From Epithemia pelagica (Eukaryota > Protista > Bacillariophyta): a DNA stretch of 64,000 nt. The stretch is taken from the NCBI GenBank assembly GCA_946965045.2, contig OX337234.1, positions 1,922,001 to 1,986,000 on the forward strand, written 5' to 3'. A program made the position numbers and the translations under genes. The notes under the pieces were generated by a model. It worked only from the letters and a program-made list of their open reading frames with translations. It made no database searches and was not told where the DNA came from. Positions 52,249 to 62,900 of the stretch are shown in pieces; positions within the stretch are counted from its first letter, which is position 1, and each line of letters begins with the position of its first letter.

Positions 52249-52891
52249 GTTGCTCGATATTTTCTGTTCGTTTGCCACGGTCGCAAGTCGCAATGGATGA
52301 AGAATAAAAAAAGTTTTGTGGCAAGAGGCCGCAAGACGCAAGACCCTGCGAACTTGTTTTAAGAATGACCTCGTCGTGCAGCACGACCAACCATGTCAGT
52401 TTCGAAAGCTAATTTGGTTGGGAATCCGGCACTCCCAAGGACATAAATTTTCACAAGTCGTTTGGGTAAGAACGACTGACATGACTGATACGAGTACGCC
52501 CAACCATTCTTTGTGAATAAGGGAAAGCTGGAGCTAACCTTACTACCTCTTGTACTCGAAGAGAGTATGACATCTGAATCACTTAGAGGTTGTCTAGGTA
52601 GTTGTCAAGGACAACGAACGAAGGTAGAAGGTAATCCCAGAGATGATTTATAACTCACTTGAAGATTGTATATTCAGCAAGAAGACACGAGCCTACTTCT
52701 ATCATTGCCAACAAATGCAAGTGTCGATCTCATAGTTTACAAATAGAATAATCCCTTCCCAACCTCTCGACCATGACTTCTACAAACGCTCCCGTGCACT
52801 TCTTGATAACTACGAAAAGAAACGGGGCAGATTGTAGAGTGAACTGTCGTAGATCATATATTTTCAGAAAGTAATACTAGCAGTTGCTTCG

Positions 52892-53578
52892 TCATGGAAG
52901 CAGTCCCAAAACCAGTATCCAAGAAATTAGAGCGACTGGTCCGTACACGAACGGTCCAACGTTGCCTGCTGAACTGAAATTGGCATCATCTTGGGTCGGT
53001 TCTCTTCGTGGTGATAAATGAATGTCAATTCCTTCACCGGTTCCGGGATCTGATTAACAGCAACATTCAAACCAATGGGTGAGCTTGGTATAATTTGGAT
53101 TTCCAGCAGATAACCTGGTCACTTACTTGGGTCACCGTAGGGATTATCGTCAAATCGGCTGTCATCTTGAACTTCTTCGTCTTCTTTCTCTATGTCACAG
53201 CAAAATCTTTGATGAGAAGAGCACGAGAAAACGGCATAAAGATCCTTTTACTCTGAGAAAGAACTGAAATTCCACCCAACAAACTACTTACTTCCATATG
53301 GTGGGACATCGGTGCCATTGGGATGGAAGCAATCGCACACTGGTGTTGCATACTTGTACAAATCATCACATTCTTGTTGTGTAAAGGGGTTGTTGCGGTT
53401 TGATGCCAGACTGACAATTGTTTTGCAACTTTTTGCCTGGTTCGCGTGGGTTGGGATAGTGCACGATATTGCGGCCCATGCCCACTTGGCAGTTCTCGCA
53501 TCCACAAATGTTGCATGTAGCTGCAATAGTTTGTTGCACCAATAGAAGGAGCAACCACATTGATTGGAAGGCTTTCAT
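52892..53578 (-). pseudogene. Tandem paralog (copy B) of the Cys-rich GPI protein, with a frameshift near 53407-53410 (exons 53578-53292, 53189-53127, 53049-52892)
   Basis: MKAFQSMWLLLLLVQQTIAATCNICGCENC..NNCQS, then the homologous LASNRNNPFTQQECDDLY..VCDC..NGTDVPPYG lies in another frame. Exon 1 is 287 nt where 3n+1 is required. Downstream exons are open and end FSSAG..VALISWILVLGLLP*. Confidence 0.7.
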
Positions 53579-54025
53579 GATGGTTTTCTTGTGATGAGAG
53601 CTTGATAAAGTGTTACTCTGCTTTCATATCAAAAATGCGTGGGTCGCTGTTGTCTTCAAGAGAGGCAAAAGACCACAGACACAGACACATTTCACGTTAG
53701 TGGTAGGGCGCAATACTATAAGCTTATGAGTACGAGTACGGTTTTACGACTCGCTGTATGCTGTATCTCAACTGACAACTGACTGCTTTGGTGATTCGTT
53801 ATGGGCCTTTCTCGCGTCCGTTTTCGTCGGCTTGGCGGACTTCGGATTTCGGATACCTTCTCGTTCTCGCGGGAGCGAAGAATCTTTCAAATGCGAATCC
53901 AGAATCCGAAGACCACCAATGTTGATCCAACAAGAACACAAAGAAAACAATACAACCCGATCCATCGACAAAGACGACCGTGCAGATTTCTCATTATTTG
54001 TGTGACAACAGTTGACTAAGCGACC

Positions 54026-55297
54026 ATGGTAGACTCAAACACTGCTGGCGAAACTAAAAAGTTGGTTTTGTCTATCAACGCCGGCTCTTCGTCTCTCAAG
54101 GCAGCGCTATTGGAGGATGGTACGACACATATTGCCAGTTTCTTGGCGGAACGTTAAGGCACAGAGAGTGCTGCCATCCATTATTCACATGATCGAACAG
54201 CAACCAAGACGGATGAGCAAATTCCCCACTGTACTCATGATACAGCGTTGGAACACATTTTGAAATTCTTGAAGCAACACAACTTGTTGGACCAGCTCGT
54301 GGCGACCGGTCATCGCGTCGTCCACGGAGGGGCCACCTTCAACGATGCTACATTGATCACTGAAGACGTTTTAAAGGCTATTGACTCTGTATCGCATTTG
54401 GCACCCCTCCACAATCCACACAACGTCAAAGGTATCCGGTCGGTTCAAAAGGTTCTTCCCACTCTTCCAGCAGTTGCAGTGTTTGACACGGCCTTTCACA
54501 GTACTCTTCCTCCCAAGGCGAGTATATATCCACTTCCAGAAAGCTATCGCAACCAGGGAATTCGCAAGTATGGATTTCATGGTACTTCGGTGCGCTATGT
54601 AAGTGCCAAAGCCAACGAAATCCTAAAGAAACAATGGGATGAAACTTCCAAGCCAAAAAAGACCAAGAGTACGTCTGGATTCAACATGATTGTATGTCAC
54701 TTGGGAAATGGTGCGTCCGTGACAGCTGTCAGTGACCAAGGCGAATCTGTGGAAACCTCCATGGGATTTTCGCCCTTGGCGGGCTTAATGATGGGGACTC
54801 GCTCAGGTTCCATCGATCCTGCAATTGTATCCTATGCCGTGCACGCGCTGGACAAAGATGTCGATCAAGTTCTCAACGACTTGAACAAGGAAAGTGGCTT
54901 GAAGGCCATGACCAATGATCATGACTTTGATATGCGTTCCTTGCTTAAGCGAGCCAAGGACAATCACCAAGATGCTAGTTTGGCCGTGGACATGTTTGTG
55001 TACCGACTGGTACAGCACATTGCCAGTAGTATGGTGGCACTCCCTGGACCCGTAGAAGCACTGGTATTTACAGCAGGAATTGGAGAGCATTCGGCGGAAA
55101 TTCGTCGACGATGCATCGAGCAATTGCAAATGACTATTTTGCCTCAATTGAGTTTGGATGAAGCCGCCAACAACGCGGATGGAAGTGAAACCAGTGGCAT
55201 CTTGACTGAACCTGGCACTTGGCCCGTTTGTCTTGATATTGCGACTGACGAAGAAGTCATGATTGCCCAAGATTGCTTACGACTTACTCAAGTTTAG
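54026..55297 (+). pseudogene. ackA: Acetate kinase with an in-frame TAA at codon 44 (54155-54157)
   Basis: ATG 54026 gives LVLSINAGSSSLK..ASFLAER*GTES, in frame with ORF 54248-55297. That ORF has GHRVVHGG, APLHN, AVFDTAFH, RKYGFHGTS, CHLGNGAS, MGTRSGSIDP, FTAGIGE, ATDEE. Could be a true null allele or a base-call error. Confidence 0.8.
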
Positions 55298-56036
55298 TGA
55301 ACGTTAGTCTGCGAGAGCAAGCAAGTAAGGCGTATGCATAAGCATAACGTCATCACCTCGCAGCAACAACTTTTTTCTTCTCCTAATACAATGTTTAGAA
55401 ATTTCTCATTAGGAGTCGAAGATGCTCCTAGGAGTACTCTGAGTAGAAAGTCCTAATCGATCTCGTTTAGAGGGTAGTCTCGGAGGGAAGGTAGCTGACA
55501 GCAAGCTCATTGAAGTGCCTGGCCTTCGTTCGTGAAGGTGGATAGTTAGTCAGCGCAAAACAAAAATTGGATGAGGCTGGCGCGCGCACAGCTCCGTCCA
55601 CCCATCCATCGAGAAATAACCACACATTTTTTCTTGTGGTGCAAGCCCAAGGACGTAAACATCTTCATATGCAAAATGGTGAGTCTCTACATGTGTCTTG
55701 GATGGATGCAGGTTATGTCGGAGCATTAGGTTGGCTGTCTTTCGGCAATGCGTCGATGCGCTTTGGAGTGTCGCATCGAATCAGGGGTCCCAACTTTGCT
55801 CCGCTGTCCATTGCCGACTGTGATGCACGACATTTCCCACCAACACCCCATATTTTCCGAATCGCACTTGCGTAGCAAATGCCTATTGACCGTAGTTCCA
55901 TCGCTGGACAACGGAATTCTTAGGTGTACTATTTTCACGTGAACCGCCCAGGTTTACGGCCGCGTCTCACCTTTGCGCCTTCTGTCTCAAAACCAATCGT
56001 ACACACAAAATACAAACAATACGAAACGCCTGAACC

Positions 56037-58148
56037 ATGACAACTATTTCCAACCACTCAACATTAATGCCTACTGTTACTACTTCAGGTAACAAATATG
56101 TGCCACCTCATCTGAGAAACTCTCAAGGTGGTGGCGGCAGCAGCAGCAAAGACGACACTGGCGGCCAACCCAATGATTCGTCACGATTTGGTGGTGGAGG
56201 AGACCGACGTTCGTCTTACAATGACAACCGACGCTCGTCCTACAATGACAGTCGACGCAATTACAACGATAACAGGCGTTCGTCGTACCAAGACCGTGGT
56301 TCTTACCAGGACAGACGTAGTGGGTATGATGACAACCGCGGTGGTGGTGGCGGCGGCCGCGGAGGTGACATGCCCCCGACAAACTCTCGCTGGTCAAACG
56401 TGAACATGGGATCCGGTGGAGGTGGTGGTGGAGGACGACAATCATCTTACCGTGGTGGTGTAGGATATGGTGGTCGCAGAGACAGTGGAATGGGTGCGCC
56501 TACTAACGAGCGTGGTTTTCATGGAGATATGCGTCCTGACAAGCGTTTGGAACAACGCTTGTTTGATCGCAGTGACAAACAAACCACTGGAATCAACTTT
56601 GACAACTACGACAAAATCCCGATCGAAGTGTCAGGAGAAGACATTCCTGATCCCCTTGATTCCTATGCTGAAGAATCGATCGGAGAAGATCTCTTCCGCA
56701 ACACGCAACTTTGTGGGTACAACAAGCCCACACCTGTGCAGAAGTACTCGGTTCCTATCGGTTCGGCTGGTCGTGACTTGATGGCCTGTGCACAGACAGG
56801 TAGTGGTAAAACAGCGGGTTTTCTCTTTCCTATCATCATGGCCATGATCCGTACCGGTGGATCTGAGCCTCCCGATCATAGTCATCGCCGTGTCTTCCCA
56901 AATGCCTTGGTTCTCGCACCTACCCGTGAGTTGGCCCAGCAAATTCATGAAGAAGCTCGCCGTTTCACCTACTGCACCGGCATTGCTCCTGTGGTCATAT
57001 ATGGAGGCGCTGATGCTCGTGATCAGCTGCGTCAGATCGAGCGTGGCTGTGACCTGTTGGTAGCAACTCCAGGACGATTGGTAGACTTTATCGACCGTGG
57101 TCGACTTGCAATGGAGAGTGTTCGATTTTTGGTTCTTGACGAGGCCGATCGAATGCTTGATATGGGTTTTGAAGTAAGTTTCTTGTTGACATTCCGTTTT
57201 CATATTATGGTCACGTCTCATAACTCACAAACCCTGTCTTCATGAATACAGCCACAAATTCGCCGAATTGTGGAAGAAAGCTACATGCCGGCTGGTGATG
57301 ACCGCCAGACCATGATGTTTAGTGCAACCTTCCCTGCAAACATTCAGCGCCTTGCGAGCGACTTTATGCGTGATTACGTGTTTCTTACTGTGGGTCGCGT
57401 CGGTTCTGCTTCGAAGGATGTGACCCAGACAGTGGAATACGTCGAAGAGCATGACAAGATGGGGGCACTTATGAAATTTCTCTTGACCATTGAAGATGGC
57501 CTCATTCTGATCTTTGTGGAAACAAAACGCTCTTGTGACTATGTGGAAGACATTTTGTCAAGCCGTGGGTTCCCAGCTTGCTCCATTCATGGAGATAAAA
57601 GTCAACGTGAACGCGAAGAAGCGTTGAGATCTTTCAAAAGAGGGGATACACCAGTGATGGTTGCCACGGATGTAGCCAGTCGCGGTCTTGACATTCCCAA
57701 TGTCACACAAGTCATCAACTACGATCTTCCGTCCAATACCGACGATTACGTGCACAGAATTGGTCGTACCGGTCGTGCCGGAAACACTGGATTTGCTCTA
57801 TCGTTCCTTAACGAAAAGAATTCCAATATTGTGCGTGAGCTTCGCGATATGTTGGATGAGAATGAGCAAGAAGTTCCGCCTTGGATGAATCAAATGTGTC
57901 AGTACACGGGACGTGGCAGCGGCCGAGGTGGTGGTGGCGGCGGTGGTCGTCGTGGCGGAGGCAGCAACTTTGGAAGTCGTGATGTGCGATACCAACGCAG
58001 TAACAGCAACAACAACAGTTACCGTGGCGGCGGCGGTGGTGGTGGTGGCAACTATGGTGGCGGCGGCGGTGGCTATGGTGGCAACTATGGCGGCGGTGGT
58101 TACGGAGGAGGCAATGGCGGGAACTTTGGTGGTGGTGCCGCATGGTAA
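56037..58148 (+). CDS. DED1: DEAD-box RNA helicase Ded1/DDX3 (exons 56037-57173, 57252-58148; 677 aa)
   Basis: [57 protein letters not shown]|[35 protein letters not shown]; RGG-rich termini. Confidence 0.96.
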
Positions 58149-58329
58149 TCGAATGACGCTTTCCCACATATACACTGACCTTGCAGCACTACGTACTGTT
58201 ATGGTTTCATAATCCGTGACGTAGAATATTCTCACACACCCTGTTTTGACGTCCATAAGAATCTCATTATCTTTACGCTGCTTATTCTAGAATTTCTTGA
58301 AACTTTCTAAGATATGCGAAACTATGGGG

Positions 58330-58956
58330 TTACTCTGCAAGGTCCCTTGCTTTTTGAGTAAGTTCCATGAGATCGTGCCCCAGGACACTGCTTTCATGGC
58401 GAATAAAATCTAGCTTGTCTTGGGTTGACGATGAATGGGTGTCACCACCTCCTCCATGTTGGTCCACACTATGTTGCTGAAGGATTTCGAATTGATTTTC
58501 CATCCAGTTGGCACGTTCCCGCAGGGCCACAATCATTCCTACCCATTCCCGTTCCTTCTGTTGCAGAATTTCTTTTCGGTCAAATTCCAAGTGAACCGCC
58601 TTGATCGCCATTTCCCGCTCCACGTCGAGTTGGTAAGAAGGTGCCGATGGTTTCACAGCCAGTGCGTCACCAGATTCTTCCATAACTATATCTGTATCTT
58701 GTACACCACAGTTTTGCGATATGGAAGGAAGCGGCTGCGGCGGACGGTGGATTCGCACCTTTCCTGTGCTGCTCGGGGCTGGAGTACGTGATTGAACACT
58801 TGTCTTGGCCACCAGTGGCGAGAGATAGGCCTCGCGAGGTTTGAAGACGCCATTACTCATATCTCCTGCACGGAGTTTTGCCAAGCGCCGTTTTTCGGCT
58901 TGTTCCGCACGACGCTGACGTGCCTGATCTTGAGTTTCATCGGGACGAGTCTCCAT
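58330..58956 (-). CDS. Hypothetical protein, 208 aa, charged/coiled-coil
   Basis: ATG-initiated ORF with protein-like composition (RQRRAEQAEKRRLAK; EWVGMIVALRERANWMENQF), filling the space between DED1 and the next promoter. No family recognised. Confidence 0.55.
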   Translation of the reverse strand: METRPDETQDQARQRRAEQAEKRRLAKLRAGDMSNGVFKPREAYLSPLVAKTSVQSRTPAPSSTGKVRIHRPPQPLPSISQNCGVQDTDIVMEESGDALAVKPSAPSYQLDVEREMAIKAVHLEFDRKEILQQKEREWVGMIVALRERANWMENQFEILQQHSVDQHGGGGDTHSSSTQDKLDFIRHESSVLGHDLMELTQKARDLAE

Positions 58957-59165
58957 GCTACATCCACGAAATCAATGGGAAAGTGGGATACTTTTCTTCT
59001 CAAGAATTGACCACAAATGCCGACAAACCGACTGCAGGCATGTTGTTATAATATCTTCCCGTTCGTTCTTTTGAATGAAAGACCTTCTACTAAACGCAAT
59101 GATCACGAATGGGGACCGTTTCACAACTAGACTCCAGAATGTTGGGTGTTGGTGCTGGGTGTTGT

Positions 59166-59186
59166 GGGTCACGGGTCACGGGTCAC
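59166..59186. repeat. (GGGTCAC)x3 tandem in a divergent intergenic region
   Basis: Three exact 7-bp units between the ATGs at 58956 (-) and 59905 (+). Confidence 0.8.
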
Positions 59187-59904
59187 ACACAAATCATGGT
59201 GCGGAAAGGCGACCAAAACAGAAACTTTCTCTGAAGGAAATATATGACGGTTGACGCACCGTTTGAATTTGAATTGTTCATGGTAGGGGGTTAAATGAAG
59301 ACTTGACCTAAGTACAATCAAGGCGCTATTGCCCTTGCGACTATTGGCGGAAATAGCCCTGTTTGCGGGACTTGTATAGGCCCGTATTACAACCTATCGT
59401 TAATATTCTTGATATTGATAAGATATCTTTGAAAAAGAGCACTTTTTGCTTCTGGGTAGTCTTGCGGAATGAGAGCTGGAGTACCACCGCGCGTGCGCCA
59501 CGGCCTGTGCAACCAGAAACGGTAGAGAAACACCAGAGACGGCCCGCAGGGACACATACAGCAACGGGCACACACACACACTTCTAACACTGCCTTCATC
59601 CCCCCCCCATACCATGGTGGAAGAGGCATGAAACGATTCTTGGACTATACTTGTTGTATCTGAAGCTTGCAACACAAACACCTCCTTGGAAATTATAATT
59701 GTGACAACTACACCGTTACTTGCATCACTGGCGATTACGCGGTCCGAAAGTGCTTCCTTTTTTAGTGAGAGGTGCACCGAGTGCTGTGCGGGCACATCAG
59801 GAAGGAAGGAGGCGTCCCATCTCCTCCTTTTCTAACAACAGCAAGTCCCACTCACCAGTCGCACAGCGGTGATACCATTCATAATCAACAAAAAGAGAAG
59901 TACT

Positions 59905-62900
59905 ATGGTGGATTTGATGGATGGTCTGTCGAGTCCGGGATCCAAAACGTGGAACCCAAACATGTCCGCTCACTCCGAGGTGTCTTCCCACAGCGGGAAG
60001 AACAATCTTTCCTCGACGAGCGCCTTTGACTCCATCGTAGGTCAAGCAACGAGTGATAGTCTCTCGTCAGAAGCCTATGAAAAGATGCATGTCTCTTTGG
60101 ACAAATCCACTCCCTTAAAATCAACCGATCCAAAAACAACCAATGTAGTTGGTCACAGCCAGCAGCCCCATACATATGGTGCCTCTGGAGCCGATGTCCG
60201 GTTACGAAACTTATCCGACAACACAACCGCTATGGCGTCGGACTCGGAATCGACAAATCCTTATCATTCCGATGAAGAGACATACCATGAAGAAGGAGAA
60301 GAGGGAATCGAGGTTCCGTACGCAGCAGCATCGTCGGTGGCAACCACTACCCCTCTTTCCGAGGTGGACTCAAATGCAACGGAAAGTAAACCTTCCAGTC
60401 CAGAACGACCGCAGCATGAGGAAACCGATGCGTCGAGTGAACCAATCATATCGTCGAATCGATCCACTCAGGACTCGAGTTCTATGGCAACGCCCATCAT
60501 TTCCAATCCACCAGGTAGTCCGAGGCGAGGAATGATCAAGCCAGGGTCGATTCCTCGTCGATATCGAACGGCCTCGGAGGATTCCCAGTCTGCTGCTGGA
60601 CCTTCTTCTCCTGCAAGAGCCGAGCAAGCTCCTCTCTCTTCCTCTGTCAGCAATAAGAGCACTTCCCAGATCGGACCCTCGCCCAGAAATGAAAGGGTGG
60701 TACGTTCCTATTCCCAAAAACCAGTCAATGCCAGTCAGCAAACGCCGCAGCAAATGCCAACCACTCCCGACAGCTCGAGTGGAAATACGGTCATGGCCGA
60801 AGTATTGCCCGAAAAGAAAGGACGGACAAGACCGTCCAGTGCGCCGCGTACCAGCAAAGGTGGCGTCTTTGGACGATCTACGACCCCTCGGCCACCGACA
60901 TCTCCAACCGATTTCCGAAAACCGACAATGGGCCTACGGAGACCCTCCTTGAGAGACAGCAATACGAATGACGACAAACCCGCAAGTCGGAGGTCCTGGT
61001 TGGGTTCTTTTCGAGGAAAGCCCGTCACGGGCAAACCCGAAGCCTTGGTAGTAGTCGCACCAGATGGAACGGCGAGTGGCGGAGGAGCCCGAAGCTTGAG
61101 CCGGGGAAGTCGAAGTCGCATTGAAAATGCCGCAGAGCAGTCGGAATCCGAAAGCGATGTCTCGAATCTATCGAAGCAAAGCAAGCCCTGGACACCGCGC
61201 ACTGTTAGTGGGCCAGAGACGAAGGCTGCTCCAGAACAGTTGTTTGCCGTCAAGAAATTGGTACAGTCCCTGACCAAGGACCATACGGCGGAAGTGAATT
61301 CGGAGAGTGCCGACCAAGCGTTGCGAGAATTGCGTTCCTTGCAAACCGAACTCAGTACGCTTCGGGCTCAGGGCAATGCCAAACAAACAGAAACGGAGCG
61401 AATGCAAATGGAACTAGGGGCCGCCCAAAAAGCGGCGGCACAACTCGAATCTCTCAACAAGAGTTATCGTAAGAACCAAAAGCAAATGCTCAAGGATTTG
61501 CAAGATGCCCAAGCCGAGTTGGAGAGCTATCGAGAGTCGAATGATACGGCTGCCTCATCGTCTTCCAAGGAAGCACAACATTTGGCCGAAGAACTGGCCA
61601 CGACCATGGCGGAATTACTGGCGCTCCGAGAAGAACACAAGAAATTGTTGGGTGGGAAAAAGCGACCGCGGGCCGCGAGTCTTACTAATAGGAGTGATGG
61701 AGAGGCGTTGCACTTGAGTCGAAGTAGTAGTGAAGAAGAGGAAGCCTTGCTTCAGCAAGAAACCATGTTAAATCTACAAAAGGATTTGGCTGAAGCAATG
61801 GCCACAATCTCCATATTGGAAGAGAACAATGACATTATTCGCAAGCAGCTCAAGAAACGTGATAAACTCGAAGAGCGCTTCAAGAGAGTCCAAGCCGATC
61901 GTGACGAATATGCGGCCCAACTCCGCGACCAACAGCTCGCACAACATGCCCGTGAGGGAGGGGACGTCCAAGACCGTGCCGCGTTGGTCACGATTGAGCG
62001 ACTACAAAAGGAAAAGAAGCAACTATTGGTCAAGGAGCACATGCTGAAGGAAAAGATCCAGAAACTCGACACTAAAAACAAGAACCAGAAGGCGATTTTT
62101 CAGACCGCGGTGGAGATCAAGGACGTGGAAATGAAGATCAACCGGAAAGAACGAGATATTTTAGCTCATCGATTGGTGGAAATAAAAAAGGATGGAGAGA
62201 ACTCGGCACGGGGAGAGCCGCGGAGTAGTCTGGCCAGATCACAACCAGAAGGTGCATCGTCGGAACGGGAACAGCAAATGGCGCAGCAACTGGAAACCAA
62301 ACAGTCGGAAATTACCTCGCTGGAGAAAATGCTCAAGGAGCAAGAACGAGAATCTGATATTCGAATGGAGGAAGCTGTTGCAGATTTTAAACGCCAAATT
62401 GCTGAATTGGATGAGAAAATCAAGAAAAAAGAAAGAGAAATGGGAGAGTTACAAGACTGTGCGCGCTTGGAAGCTTTCAAGGCCCGACGCTTGATGGATG
62501 AGAAAGTAGGGGAGCTACAGGTTCAGTTGGACGAATACGAGGATCGTTTGATTAATCGGGAACAGCAAATCAAGCAGCTCGATGAACAAATGCGAGTGCG
62601 GCAGGCGGAAATCGAACGTATTCGAACTGTCCAGCAACAACAACAACAGCAGCGACGCCCATCCGATCGTCCACAACAAGGAGGTCGGTCGGAGCGCTTA
62701 TCGGAACTCAGAAACAGACTCGATAAGAACGAAAGCTTGATGCGGTCTAAGGTCCAGAATATTCGTAATTTTGACTCTCCGTCGAAGAGCACAATTGCTT
62801 CTCTAAACGACTCCTTCTCGTCTCAGGAACGAGCAGATACAAGCATGTTGGATCTTTCTTCTTGTCCCGACGACGCAACCATTGACAAATTGCGGGAAAT

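Noticed and set aside
43931-58148. Apparent RNA-metabolism cluster (BCD1, RRP40, DED1)
   Set aside because: Interspersed with unrelated genes; housekeeping RNA genes are common, so proximity is uninformative.
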